DNA of 64,000 nucleotides from an uncultured bacterium (GCA_963726455.1 CAVSCK010000004.1:288001-352000), one strand, 5' to 3'; numbered from the stretch's first letter, positions 47,957 to 58,374 are shown. The notes: a model not told the origin generated them from the sequence alone. Program-made: numbers and translations.

Positions 47957-49540
47957 CTATCTAGCGCATCCTGTAACCGGTGCGGCTCCATCCGCAAAAA
48001 TGTACTGCACCAAGTAGACGACATCCGCGATATCAATCACGCAATCGCCGTTGGCATCCGCCAACTGCGGCTTGTAGGGTTTGGCTCCATTCAGGAAAAT
48101 GTAGCCCACCAGGAAAACCGCATCAGAAAGATTTACATCGTGCGAGTAATTGGCATCGCCCGGGATGAGGAATATTGATCGATATAGATTCCGCGCCGCG
48201 AGAACATTCGTCTCAAGATCGGAGAAGTCGAGACTATTACAGAATGCTTGCGGATTTTGGGGATCAAACAAGTTGTGGAAATCTCCCGGATTCTGATGGA
48301 AGTTATCGCCCATTGCCACGACGACGGCGAAATCGAAGCTGTCTCCCGGCGCCAGATCAAGAGCACCGAATGAAAGAAGGAATTTTGTGTCGTACCCGTC
48401 GGCCACATCGGCTCCAACGACCGGACTCGGAGGAAGCCAGCCCTGCGCCTGATGATCGACGGCTGAAAACAACTGATCATAGTCGCGCTCTGGTCTGGAC
48501 ATGACATAATATTTGTTCCGATCTCCTTCCGGAGTACCGGATCCGCCGGTTCCGAAATCCCGATTATTGACCAGGAGACGTGGTGCCCAGTCGAGGACCG
48601 GGTCGCCGTTGGAAACCCACCAGGCGAATGACTGACTAGGCAAAACCGGGAAATCAATTACTGATATTCCGATCACTGCGCGAGCAGAATACTGATCCCA
48701 AGTTCCGGAATAAGACGGATCGCCATCATTGTCGGCAGTCCAGGCGACAAACAGTGAGTCGCCAGCAGCAGGATCGGGAAAATCGCGGCTGCCAGAGATG
48801 TCGTCTTGAAATCCGTTGGGGGTCGCGGCGTGGAAAGCATCACCATCGAAGTAGAGGCCGAAATACAATTTTCGTAGTAGGTGTGTATCGATATTCGTGA
48901 CTCTGTAATTGAAAAGTACAAAATCCTCATATGTCTGCTGGCTCCAAGAATACGATTCTTGCCGAATTCTTACACCGAGCGGAATATGCGGCCGGCCATC
49001 ATAAGGGTTGGGTTGCACATAGGACGGGTCGGTCAGTGTGTCATAATATGTGGCAATATAATCTGCTTCACTAATTGCACTCGGACTGTACGCTGGATCG
49101 TTCGGCCGAGTTGAACGCTTGATCATATTCCCAGCGGGTGCTGCATCGGCATACATCTCGAAAATTTGTTGCCAACCATCGTGGCCTGTAGAGACCAATG
49201 TGTCCTCATCAACAATGGCACCAATCCAAAGTGCCCCTTGGAACAGGTATTGCACGTCGGTTCCGGCCGGATACTCACATGACGGTGCGGGCAATCCGGT
49301 TTCGGGGTCTCTGACAGTGGGATCCCCCTGAGTGCCAATGATGCCGTAGTTTGTGACGGTCAGATTAACTTGGCCAACCTTGTGCACGCCTACCTGAAGC
49401 GACGGGTATGGTGATTTGTCGCGTGGTTCCGTGAAGGGTTTGCTTTTGGTAATTGTGGCTGCGGGGAGTGGTGACACAACGACAGAGAAGAAGAACACCG
49501 CTGCCAGCACTGATACTGTCCGTAGCAAAATGGATTTCAT
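47957..49540 (-). CDS. Secreted protein of unknown function with a C-terminal dockerin type I-like domain
   Basis: GGAGG RBS and signal peptide from ATG 49540. Duplicated Ca-loops GDANYSHDVNLSDAVFLVGYIF and ADANGDCVIDIADVVYLVQYIF. Confidence 0.8.
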   Translation of the reverse strand: MKSILLRTVSVLAAVFFFSVVVSPLPAATITKSKPFTEPRDKSPYPSLQVGVHKVGQVNLTVTNYGIIGTQGDPTVRDPETGLPAPSCEYPAGTDVQYLFQGALWIGAIVDEDTLVSTGHDGWQQIFEMYADAAPAGNMIKRSTRPNDPAYSPSAISEADYIATYYDTLTDPSYVQPNPYDGRPHIPLGVRIRQESYSWSQQTYEDFVLFNYRVTNIDTHLLRKLYFGLYFDGDAFHAATPNGFQDDISGSRDFPDPAAGDSLFVAWTADNDGDPSYSGTWDQYSARAVIGISVIDFPVLPSQSFAWWVSNGDPVLDWAPRLLVNNRDFGTGGSGTPEGDRNKYYVMSRPERDYDQLFSAVDHQAQGWLPPSPVVGADVADGYDTKFLLSFGALDLAPGDSFDFAVVVAMGDNFHQNPGDFHNLFDPQNPQAFCNSLDFSDLETNVLAARNLYRSIFLIPGDANYSHDVNLSDAVFLVGYIFLNGAKPYKPQLADANGDCVIDIADVVYLVQYIFADGAAPVTGCAR

Positions 49541-49623
49541 GATGCCTCCCATGGCTTCGAACCGATTAATTGATGTTGAAGATAATCAATTTTGTCCGGC
49601 TGTCAAGATCCGAACCGCATAGT

Positions 49624-49651
49624 TTAGACGCCGACTTCTCAATTCCGTTCA
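49624..49651 (-). promoter_or_regulatory. Putative ECF-sigma promoter upstream of the dockerin gene
   Basis: Minus strand TGAAC-N16-CGTCTAA. A sigma70-like TTGACA-N16-TATCTT also lies at 49579-49606. Confidence 0.35.
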
Positions 49652-49732
49652 ATCGAAACGCGCAGCTTCCGTCTGTCAGTGCCAAACTCGGCGCTTGCCC
49701 TAGTCCCCCCGCTCACCTAACTTATCTTCTGC

Positions 49733-51256
49733 ATGGGTGAGCAATCATTTTTTCAGACGCGTCCTTTCCTGATCGTAATTGCGATCGCCGTGGCACTGCG
49801 ACTGTTGGCGACGCTGTTCTCGCAGGGCTACATGGCCAGCGACGATTACTTCGAAACGATCCAGGTAGCCGACAGTTGGCAACACGAGGGTATCTTTCTT
49901 CAGGACGGCACTTTGCGCTGGGAGGGCAAGCCGGAAATTGGTGTGATGCGCAGCGCGGTGTACAACCTGTTTCTGCTCGGCCTGATGAATATCACGTCCG
50001 CAGTCGGAATCGACAGTCTCAACACCCACATGTACTTCGAGCGGTTGATTCATGCGCTGCTATCGCTGTTGCCGGTGATATTCGGTTATCGATACTTGCG
50101 GGAAGAGACGAACGAAAGGGTCGCGACGGTAGGGGGAGTGCTACTGGCGGCGCATTTCCTGATGCCGTTCTTGGCGGTTCGCAACCTGGTGGAGATGGTT
50201 GCTGCGGATTTCTTGTTCCCGTGCCTTTACTATGCGACAACCAGCATGAAACGACAATCAAGCAGCGATGCCGTGCTGGCAGCAGTTCTGGGTGGCATTG
50301 CATTTATGGTGCGTATGCAGGTTGCGTTGGCGCTGGTAGCAATTCCCATTGCGATGGTGATTCGGCGCCGCGTCTGGCGTCAGGCAATAATATTCTCCGT
50401 GGCGACTCTGGGGATGATAGCGCTGCAGGGTTTGATAGATGTTCAAACGCATGGGAAGTTCCTCGGTAGTGTGACAAACTACATCATCGGGAATATGGGC
50501 GCGCCGCCGACCATTCCGGGGCCGTGGTACAAATATCTGCTGTTAATACTCGGTGTCTTCGTCCCGCCGTTTTCGCTGATTTTCTTCGGTGCGATTTTCC
50601 AGTGGCGATTGATCCGCAATCACATTGTGATGTGGCTGCCGTTGATGTTGTTTCTGGTCGGGCATTCCGTCATTACGAACAAGCAGGAACGTTTCATCAT
50701 TCCGGTCTTTCCGGTATTGATCGTGCTCGGCTGCGTCGGCATTTACTATCTGTGGCAGAACGAGGGCTGGTATTTCCACCGGCGCAAGTTGCGCCAGGGA
50801 TTGTGGGTCTGGTTCGCGGTCGTCAACGTAGTTCTTCTCCTTCCGTTCATCGTCAACTTTGGCCATCGCGGGTCGATCGAGCCGCTGGTATATCTGTCAC
50901 AACAGCCGGATGCCCGCAAGGTACTGTTTGACTGCAGTGAGCGGCGCATGCTGGTGCCTTATGGTTACTATCAATATGATCGCAGCAATTCGCTGACCGT
51001 TTTCAGCAGCGTTGAAATCTATCTGGCTCTGGCGGAAGGCAAACTGCTTTCGTTTTCGCCGCCGGACTATATCGTAGTATTCTCCGACGACAAACTTGCG
51101 GAACACGAGCAATTGCTGACGTCGCTGTTGGGACGTTACAAGCTGGTCTTTCATGGGAAGCCATCTCTAATAGATGCCGCCCTGAACAAGCTCAATCCCA
51201 AATACAACTATCGCTATGAATCGTGGGTGTTGAAGAAGGTCAAATCGGGTCAGTAG
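49733..51256 (+). CDS. Polytopic GT-C glycosyltransferase (GT22 Alg9/PIG-B-like or ArnT-like)
   Basis: Many TM helices. Loop 1 DDYFE..Q.A...WE....RS..Y; late H....KQERFIIPVFP. Confidence 0.72.
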   Translation: MGEQSFFQTRPFLIVIAIAVALRLLATLFSQGYMASDDYFETIQVADSWQHEGIFLQDGTLRWEGKPEIGVMRSAVYNLFLLGLMNITSAVGIDSLNTHMYFERLIHALLSLLPVIFGYRYLREETNERVATVGGVLLAAHFLMPFLAVRNLVEMVAADFLFPCLYYATTSMKRQSSSDAVLAAVLGGIAFMVRMQVALALVAIPIAMVIRRRVWRQAIIFSVATLGMIALQGLIDVQTHGKFLGSVTNYIIGNMGAPPTIPGPWYKYLLLILGVFVPPFSLIFFGAIFQWRLIRNHIVMWLPLMLFLVGHSVITNKQERFIIPVFPVLIVLGCVGIYYLWQNEGWYFHRRKLRQGLWVWFAVVNVVLLLPFIVNFGHRGSIEPLVYLSQQPDARKVLFDCSERRMLVPYGYYQYDRSNSLTVFSSVEIYLALAEGKLLSFSPPDYIVVFSDDKLAEHEQLLTSLLGRYKLVFHGKPSLIDAALNKLNPKYNYRYESWVLKKVKSGQ

Positions 51257-51355
51257 AGGCCTGTTTCAGAGCGATACAGGAAATTGTTTCCGCCCGAGTG
51301 CGCCAGCAAGCGATTGTCACCTGAACACGTGACAAACCATTGATTTGAAAGAGAA

Positions 51356-51427
51356 TACCCCCACCAGGGATCGAACCTGGATCTCCGGCTCCGGAGGCCG
51401 ACGCGTTATCCATTACACCATGGGGGC
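51356..51427 (-). tRNA. tRNA-Arg(CCG)
   Basis: Reverse complement GCCCCCATGGTGTAATGGATAACGCGTCGGCCT CCG GAGCCGGAGATCCAGGTTCGATCCCTGGTGGGGGTA. CCA not encoded. Confidence 0.93.
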
Positions 51428-51786
51428 GGCGCGACAAATGTACCGGCGCTCAACATTAAAGTCAATCTCGAAATTAGTCGATGCTAAATGGGATATCGCG
51501 ATCAACCGCCCGACCATATGCAGTAATCACTGTCAGGACAAAGATTTGGCTTGACTTTCGGCGGCTAATTACACATATTATCGAGCGCAAGGTCTTAAGA
51601 ATCATATTCTCTTTCGCTCACACGAGCTTGGCGTGAAATGACTGCTATTGTTCTGGCTACGTTATTGTCATTTTTGATCGTTCTTGTCGTGCTGGATTAC
51701 AGTTTGGCGGCACCGGTTAGGGCTGTCGGCGCCTACACACTCCAGATCATTGAGAATCCACAATTCCACATCGGAAGTGAGGAAGT

Positions 51787-53568
51787 ATGAAGCGCACCGG
51801 TCTTATATTGATCGCGGTATCGGTTCTGATGCTTCTTTCCTGGCAGCATCTGGGTGCGACCGGTCAGGGAGATGTAACCATCAAACTCAATGGCGGGGCA
51901 AATGTCGCCTATATCGGCGAGACCAATACGATGGAAGTTTGGATAACGAATGACGTCCAACTGTCATCTATCTCAATGTGCTTCAAGCTCGACATCAACG
52001 TTCCCTATACCTGGGTTAAGCCGTATGGTACCAGGCCGCCGGCGTCCCCGGTTGTGAAAGAGGAGGGGGACGCAATCGGCAAATTCGATGCCACCGGTGG
52101 GTTAGTGGTCATTGATCGCATCAACAGCGCGAAGCCGGATACGCTGGATATGAACGGCGCCGCAAATTCGCTGCGACTTCCCGCGCATGCTGTTTCCACT
52201 CTGTGCTATACCGTAAGATTCAATATCCCGCAGTTGGCTCCACCGACGACGGGTGGTGTCTGTATTGACAATATTGTATTTCCGCCGGCAGGCTGGTGGA
52301 TGTTCAATGACGGCACCTACTACGCTCCCAAATTTCAGGGAAACATCAATACCAGGGTTACGAATCCGTACGCGCCACCGGTCTGCTTCGACGTTGTACA
52401 GCGGCCAAATGTGCCGCCGGTGTTCACCAATTGTCCGGAGATGCTTAGCGGCGTGATTTGTTCCCAGATGTCATATACCTACATCGCTTTTGATCCTGAT
52501 AGCACTGCGGTTACTTATTCGATCGTGAGCGGCCCAGGAGCGATCAATTCAACTACCGGCGCATGGACATACACTCCCGGCCCGGCCGCGGGTTCGTCAA
52601 CCGTAACAGTGCGGGCCACGGACGCAGCGAACAGCCATCGAGATTGCGTTACTGCCCTAACGTTCACTAATACCGCTCCGCATTTTCTCAATACTTGTAA
52701 TGATACCGCTTCGGCTCACGCGGGAGAGAACATTCAATATCAATTTGTGGCGTCAGACCCCAATAGTTGTGACATCATCAAGTACTCACTTGTTGGAGTT
52801 ACCCCTACTCCGTTGGGAACTCATACCTTCGATACGCTGTCAGGTTGGCTGAATTATACGCCTGCCGTCGGGGACGTGGGATATAGTTATCTGTTTACCG
52901 TGAACGCCACTGATGGCGACACGACGATACATTGTCACTTGACCGCACTGGCGGTTCCTAATCTTTCGCCCGACGCGGATATGGACGGTGTGGCGGACAA
53001 CAATGATAATTGCCCGAATACATACAATCCCGATCAGTTCGACACTGATGCTGACGGTATCGGCGATGCATGCGACATGAACGTTGTTTGCGGTGATGCC
53101 GACGGCAGCGGATACATCGACGTGTCCGATGCGGTATTTCTGGTCGATTACATTTTCGGAGGCGGAGGTTCACCTGTTCCGCTATGCTCAGGTGACGCAC
53201 TCGGCGACGGGTCGGTTGATATTGCCGATGTCGTTCAACTCATCAACTACGTCTTCTCGGGCGCCGAGAAACCGGATGGTTGTTGCTGTCCGGCAGGAAA
53301 GAATCGGCTGGGGCCATTCTGTGTTACCAACAATACCGGTATGGATCAGCGCGGCGTGACCGTGGAATTCAGCGGTACGTCCAACGCTCTCAGCAATGTG
53401 AAAGTTATTGATTATCCGCTCAATTGCAGAGTGCTGACGATAGATGCAATTCAGAACCGCGTGTCGATCGACTATGAAGTCGCCTGCATTCCGGCAGGAA
53501 TTTCGATCTGTTTCTACGTCTGTGCTCCGGCCTCAAATATCGCGATTACGAACGTGACGTGGCGTTAG
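51787..53568 (+). CDS. Secreted protein: cohesin-like domain, Ig/cadherin-like repeats, thrombospondin type 3 repeat, dockerin, Cys-rich tail
   Basis: Signal peptide; WITNDVQLSSIS...CIDNIVFPPAG; DADMDGVADNNDNCP..YNPDQ.D.D.DGIGDACD; CGDADGSGYIDVSDAVFLVDYIF...GDALGDGSVDIADVVQLINYVF. Confidence 0.8.
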   Translation: MKRTGLILIAVSVLMLLSWQHLGATGQGDVTIKLNGGANVAYIGETNTMEVWITNDVQLSSISMCFKLDINVPYTWVKPYGTRPPASPVVKEEGDAIGKFDATGGLVVIDRINSAKPDTLDMNGAANSLRLPAHAVSTLCYTVRFNIPQLAPPTTGGVCIDNIVFPPAGWWMFNDGTYYAPKFQGNINTRVTNPYAPPVCFDVVQRPNVPPVFTNCPEMLSGVICSQMSYTYIAFDPDSTAVTYSIVSGPGAINSTTGAWTYTPGPAAGSSTVTVRATDAANSHRDCVTALTFTNTAPHFLNTCNDTASAHAGENIQYQFVASDPNSCDIIKYSLVGVTPTPLGTHTFDTLSGWLNYTPAVGDVGYSYLFTVNATDGDTTIHCHLTALAVPNLSPDADMDGVADNNDNCPNTYNPDQFDTDADGIGDACDMNVVCGDADGSGYIDVSDAVFLVDYIFGGGGSPVPLCSGDALGDGSVDIADVVQLINYVFSGAEKPDGCCCPAGKNRLGPFCVTNNTGMDQRGVTVEFSGTSNALSNVKVIDYPLNCRVLTIDAIQNRVSIDYEVACIPAGISICFYVCAPASNIAITNVTWR

Positions 53569-53601
53569 CTGATCTGGCGGCTGAATCTTTGTGAAAGCTT
53601 G

Positions 53602-53628
53602 CGGCGGGAACCCGGTTCCCGCCGTTTT
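53602..53628 (+). terminator. Intrinsic terminator
   Basis: CGGCGGGAAC-CCG-GTTCCCGCCG followed by TTTT. Confidence 0.8.
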
Positions 53629-53712
53629 CTTATTTGTGCAAAGGGCTTGACTTCAATGCTGCCGCCGCTAACTTTGTCGCTCAAACAGGCCGATAGTTCT
53701 GAAAGGTGACCT

Positions 53713-55446
53713 ATGTTCTGGACGAAAACATACATTCCGACTTTACGTGAGGAACCGGCGGACGCCGAACTCATTTCCCATAAATTGCTCGTGCGCGGCG
53801 GCTACATCCGAAAACTGCAGGCGGGTGTTTACAATTACATGCCCCTGATGCATCGCACGTTGCTCAAGACGATCAATATTGTGCGCGAGGAAATGGATCG
53901 CTCCGGCGCCATCGAAATTACGATGCCGGTGCTGCATCCGGCGGAACTATGGCAGGAGTCGGGACGCTGGGATGTAATCGGCAAGGAACAGATGCGCACT
54001 AAGGACCGCCACGATCACTGGATGGTGCTAGGCGGTACGCACGAGGAAGTCGTGACCAATCTGGTGCGTGGCGAACTGCGCAGTTATCGGCAGTTGCCGA
54101 TCAATTTGTACCAGATTCAGGTGAAGTTTCGCGACGAAATCCGGCCGCGGTTTGGATTGATGCGTTGCCGCGAATTCCTGATGAAGGATGCTTACACTTT
54201 TGATCTGGACGCCGAGGCGCACAAACTCGCCTATCAAAAGATGGTCAATGCCTACTTCGCCATCTTCAAACGCTGTGGACTTGAAGTGCGCAAAGTCGAG
54301 TCGGACACCGGCGCGATGGGCGGCAGCATGGCACATGAGTTCATGGTAATTGTCGATACTGATTCCGGCGAAGAAGTCTTGTTCTTCTGCAATGAGTGCG
54401 AATATGCCGCCAATATCGAGAAGGCGGATTCCGTGAGCACCAGGAAGATTTCCGCCGAGTCCGCCAAGCCGCTGGAAAAGGTCCCGACGCCGAATGCGGC
54501 GACAATCGAGGAAGTCACGGCTTTTCTCAAGGTGCCGGCAGAACGACTGGTCAAGACCCTATTGTATACCGCCGACGGGAAACCGGTGGCTGTGATGATC
54601 AGGGGTGATCGGCAGATAAATGAAGTCAAGCTTAAGAACCATCTGGGTTGCCTGGCACTGGAAATGGCGACTCCGGAAATAGTCGAGAAAGTTACGCATG
54701 CGCCGGTGGGCTTTGCCGGACCGATCGGTTTGAAAGACGTGCGGCTGATTGCCGATCCGGAAGTGATGGAACTGACGAACTTCGTCGTCGGCGGCAACGA
54801 AAACGAGATGCACTATATCAACGTGAATCACACGCGCGATTTCACCGTCACAGAAATCGCTGTGTTACGTTCTGCACAAATCGGCGATACCTGTCCGCAC
54901 TGCAAGAAGGGGACACTGCACACCAAGAAAGGCATTGAGGTTGGCAATACGTTCAACCTCGGCTACAAGTACGCCAAAGCACTCAATGCCACCTATCTCG
55001 ACAAAGACGGCAAAGAACAGTTGTTCTATATGGGTTCGTACGGTATCGGTGTTACCCGCACGATTCAAGCCACCGTCGAGAAATACAACGACGCGCGCGG
55101 AATCATTTGGCCGGCGCCATTAGCTCCGTATCATGCACATGTTGTGCCGCTCTCAACTGACGACTCGCTTCGCGCCGCCGCGTTTCGGCTGCATGATCAA
55201 CTGAACCAGGCCGGAGTCGAAACGATTCTCGATGATCGCGATGAACGGGCGGGTGTGAAGCTCAACGACGCCGATCTGATTGGCATTCCTTTGCGGGTAA
55301 ACATCGGCGCCAAGTCGTTCGAGAAGGGTCAATTCGAACTCAAGGATCGCGCCAAGCCGGAAGTCGCGATGATCGAAATTGGCTCGGCTGTTGAGACGAT
55401 CAAGAAGGCGCTCGACGACAAGATGGCCAACCCGATCCCGTTCTGA
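53713..55446 (+). CDS. proS: Proline--tRNA ligase (bacterial type with INS editing domain)
   Basis: SH.LL.R.GYIR, THEE, KFRDEIRPRFGLMR.REF.MKDAY, GIEVG..F.LG..Y, MGSYGIG..R. Confidence 0.98.
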   Translation: MFWTKTYIPTLREEPADAELISHKLLVRGGYIRKLQAGVYNYMPLMHRTLLKTINIVREEMDRSGAIEITMPVLHPAELWQESGRWDVIGKEQMRTKDRHDHWMVLGGTHEEVVTNLVRGELRSYRQLPINLYQIQVKFRDEIRPRFGLMRCREFLMKDAYTFDLDAEAHKLAYQKMVNAYFAIFKRCGLEVRKVESDTGAMGGSMAHEFMVIVDTDSGEEVLFFCNECEYAANIEKADSVSTRKISAESAKPLEKVPTPNAATIEEVTAFLKVPAERLVKTLLYTADGKPVAVMIRGDRQINEVKLKNHLGCLALEMATPEIVEKVTHAPVGFAGPIGLKDVRLIADPEVMELTNFVVGGNENEMHYINVNHTRDFTVTEIAVLRSAQIGDTCPHCKKGTLHTKKGIEVGNTFNLGYKYAKALNATYLDKDGKEQLFYMGSYGIGVTRTIQATVEKYNDARGIIWPAPLAPYHAHVVPLSTDDSLRAAAFRLHDQLNQAGVETILDDRDERAGVKLNDADLIGIPLRVNIGAKSFEKGQFELKDRAKPEVAMIEIGSAVETIKKALDDKMANPIPF

Positions 55447-55682
55447 TCTGTCGCCAGACGCTCGAACTCGATTTCGTAGGTTCGAGTTCATTCGAACGTT
55501 ATGAATGCGAAAGAATTCGCACCTACGTTTCCCGCACAGTTTTAGTGCGACAACCCAGTAGAAGCCAACCTTTCTGCGGCTCGATAACCAATTGAATTAC
55601 AACGTAATAGCGAGAATGTAAGGCGTTCGGCATGGTCGTTGCATTACTGTCTGCCGTAATGACGTACGGTAAGGAGGAAAGA

Positions 55683-56570
55683 TTGAGACACACACTAGTC
55701 CTGAAACTGATAATGCTTAGCGCAATTTTGGCATTGGTAATAGCCGGCTGCGAGGATAAGAAGACGGTAAACGTTACCGGTGACGCTCCGGCGGCTCCGA
55801 CGGGTGTAAGTTCCATCACCGGAGACGGTGAGGTAACTGTGACCTGGCGAGGGAATAACGATAACGGCCAGACGACCGGGTACGGTGTCTATCGATACAC
55901 AGGGACCCAGAACGGCCACGACCAGTATGAGTTACTTGGCACTGTGAAAGCCAGCGATCACGACCCAATTCCGTCGGGCAGCGACGCCGTGTATTACTCT
56001 TACTTGGATCGTAATGTCACGAATGGGAACACCTATTATTACGCCGTCGATGCATACAACGAATTCGGCGAGTCGGCGCTGTCTGCAGTCGACGCGTTTG
56101 ATACTCCGCGCCCACAAGGTACGGCCGTAGTTCGCGACTATCATCAGTATCCCAATAGCGCGGGCTTCAGGTTGAACAGGGGCTCAGTTGTTCGCTACGA
56201 CGATCCGAATGCCGATGTCTACTTTGAATATGACGCGAATCTAGGCACATTTTTCATACTGGCAAACTCGAACGTTGACATTCAGGATTTCGGCCCAACG
56301 AACGGCTTGGCAGACGTTAACTACGTTCCGGCGTCAGCGGACACAGCGTGGTCAAAGGTCGGCTGGCTGGAATTTTCTTTAAATCACGCCTATCTCGTTT
56401 GGACGGCTGACAATCACTACGCAGATATACGCTTCGCCTCGCTTGATTTGAATAGCGGTGCGATGACTATACAGTGGGCCTATCAAACAGTTGCCGGCAA
56501 CGTCGAATTGAAGCCCGCGGTTTTGACTCGCCCTGTACACGATGCAAACTATGGAAGAAGGAGTAACTAA
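55683..56570 (+). CDS. Lipoprotein with a fibronectin type III-like domain
   Basis: AGGAGG RBS, TTG start, lipobox VIAGC. APAAPTGV....GDGEVTVTW...GYGVYR...YLD..V.NG.TYYYAVDAY...GES.LS. Confidence 0.75.
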   Translation: MRHTLVLKLIMLSAILALVIAGCEDKKTVNVTGDAPAAPTGVSSITGDGEVTVTWRGNNDNGQTTGYGVYRYTGTQNGHDQYELLGTVKASDHDPIPSGSDAVYYSYLDRNVTNGNTYYYAVDAYNEFGESALSAVDAFDTPRPQGTAVVRDYHQYPNSAGFRLNRGSVVRYDDPNADVYFEYDANLGTFFILANSNVDIQDFGPTNGLADVNYVPASADTAWSKVGWLEFSLNHAYLVWTADNHYADIRFASLDLNSGAMTIQWAYQTVAGNVELKPAVLTRPVHDANYGRRSN

Positions 56571-56574
56571 CGCC

Positions 56575-58350
56575 ATGAAACGGCTACTCATTTTCTCGGC
56601 ACTGCTGGCGCTGGTGATGGCCAGTTCGCTGGCGGCTCAGTCGACTCTGCGTCGCACCTATCGCGACCTCAATGTCGACGTCTGGACAGATCATGACGAT
56701 GGCACCAACTATTCCGAAGGTGACAATATCACGATCTATTTCCGCGCCTCGCAGGACGCGTATGTGACGATCTACGACCTCGACTCGCGCGGCAACGTCA
56801 ATTTAATCTTCCCGCCGAATCCGGGCGACAACAACTATGTGCAGGCAGGTGAGGTTTACCAGGTGCCTGATCCGAATGCGGATTACTCGCTGACATTGGA
56901 AGGGCCTCCGGGAAACGAGAACATTCAGATGATCGCCTCGACCGATTTCTACCCGGTGCCTGACTGGCAGGGTCCTGTGTCGGTGTATGACGACATTTGG
57001 GGATTCAAATACGATGGCGACAACGACCGGTTCATCAGCGATGTCAACGAGAAGTATTTCTCAGGTGACAGTTTCGCCTTCGACCATGTCAACTTCTATG
57101 TCGCTCCGAAATACTACTATCGCCCCGACCGTGCCGATTGCGTGGGTGGCGATTGCGGACAGGCATATATCGACTACCCCGACGGCTGCGAAGTCTATGT
57201 AGACGGCGTGTTCTACGGTTATGCGCCGTTGTACGTGCCGGGCATCTATCTCGGCCGTCACCGCGTAACGGTGTATTGGGGCCCGAGCGTCGTATATAAT
57301 GACTGGATCTTCGTGAATGCCTTTGATCCGTTCTGCATCTACACGCGGCCGAACTTTATTTACCGCTACTGTTATGACAACTGGTATCATCATCGCGGTT
57401 GGGACAATTACTGGGATGGTCCGTCGCGCTTCAAATACAAAGACCGCGATCATGACTACTATTTTGCCGGGAAGCCGCAGGCGAGACGCGGCTATCAGGT
57501 GATCGAAAACGACCATGGTCGATACGAGAAATCCAAGTCGTACCAGGGCGACAAGGAAATGCGCATCAAGGACTACAAGCAGAACTACGGCTTTGATGCC
57601 AAGACCAAGACCTATACTGCCAGCAAGTACAATGCGCCGTCCGATAACGGCAAGAAATACTACAACGCTGACGCCTACGGCAAACAGAAGGATCAGGGTA
57701 ACCGTGGTACCGTCGAGAACAAGTCGGAAACCCGCGGGAAGTATTATCAGCCCAGCACGCCTGCCAAACAGGGTGACAAGGGCGGATATCAGGGTAAGCA
57801 GCCGGTGGGTGATCGCGGCAAGGCAGGTAATGTTGACAGAGGCAAGTCAGATCGTCCAGCCGGCAACACCGGGGATAAGGGTGCAGTCGACAAAAAGGGC
57901 AAGTCTGACAAGTCCGGTAACACCAACAGCAAGGAACCGGCGGCACGCCCTGAGAAACAGGATCGTTCCGGCGGTGGCAAGGACAAGTCGCGCTCGGATG
58001 GCAACAAGTACTATCAATTTACGCCTGCCGATAATGCCGGTCATGCGCGCACCACAACTGCCTGGCAAGATCGCGGACAACAGCGTCCGAACAGCGGCCA
58101 GGTAAATCGCGGCGTCGCGCCGCGTCCGGTTGAACGGCAAGCGCGCCCCACGGTGCAACAGCAGTCGCGGCCGAGGTCGGATGGCAATACACGAACCTAT
58201 AATGCACCGCAGCCGAGAAGCAACTCTGGTAATTCGGGTGGCAGCAGACCTTCCGGTGGCGACCGTTCGGCGCCTTCCAGCAAGTCCTCGGGTAGTGGCA
58301 GTGCCAGTAAAGGCGAAAGCCACTCGAGTGGTGGAGGCCATCGCAAGTAA
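56575..58350 (+). CDS. Secreted DUF4384-like + PEGA-like protein with a long disordered K/G/S/R/Q-rich tail
   Basis: Signal peptide; VDVWTD...Y..GD.I.I.FR...DAYV.IY..D..G.V..IFP (DUF4384-like); GCEVYVDGVFYG.AP (PEGA-like). Confidence 0.7.
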   Translation: MKRLLIFSALLALVMASSLAAQSTLRRTYRDLNVDVWTDHDDGTNYSEGDNITIYFRASQDAYVTIYDLDSRGNVNLIFPPNPGDNNYVQAGEVYQVPDPNADYSLTLEGPPGNENIQMIASTDFYPVPDWQGPVSVYDDIWGFKYDGDNDRFISDVNEKYFSGDSFAFDHVNFYVAPKYYYRPDRADCVGGDCGQAYIDYPDGCEVYVDGVFYGYAPLYVPGIYLGRHRVTVYWGPSVVYNDWIFVNAFDPFCIYTRPNFIYRYCYDNWYHHRGWDNYWDGPSRFKYKDRDHDYYFAGKPQARRGYQVIENDHGRYEKSKSYQGDKEMRIKDYKQNYGFDAKTKTYTASKYNAPSDNGKKYYNADAYGKQKDQGNRGTVENKSETRGKYYQPSTPAKQGDKGGYQGKQPVGDRGKAGNVDRGKSDRPAGNTGDKGAVDKKGKSDKSGNTNSKEPAARPEKQDRSGGGKDKSRSDGNKYYQFTPADNAGHARTTTAWQDRGQQRPNSGQVNRGVAPRPVERQARPTVQQQSRPRSDGNTRTYNAPQPRSNSGNSGGSRPSGGDRSAPSSKSSGSGSASKGESHSSGGGHRK

Positions 58351-58374
58351 CTTTACGTCCATAAGTAGCACTAG

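Noticed and set aside
51256-51790. Genomic island integrated at tRNA-Arg (also considered for tRNA-Val)
   Set aside because: No integrase, no duplicated tRNA 3' end seen, and no obvious compositional break.
57500-58350. Possible CRISPR or tandem DNA repeat in a low-complexity region
   Set aside because: The repetition is at the amino-acid composition level inside a CDS, with no fixed-length repeats or spacers.
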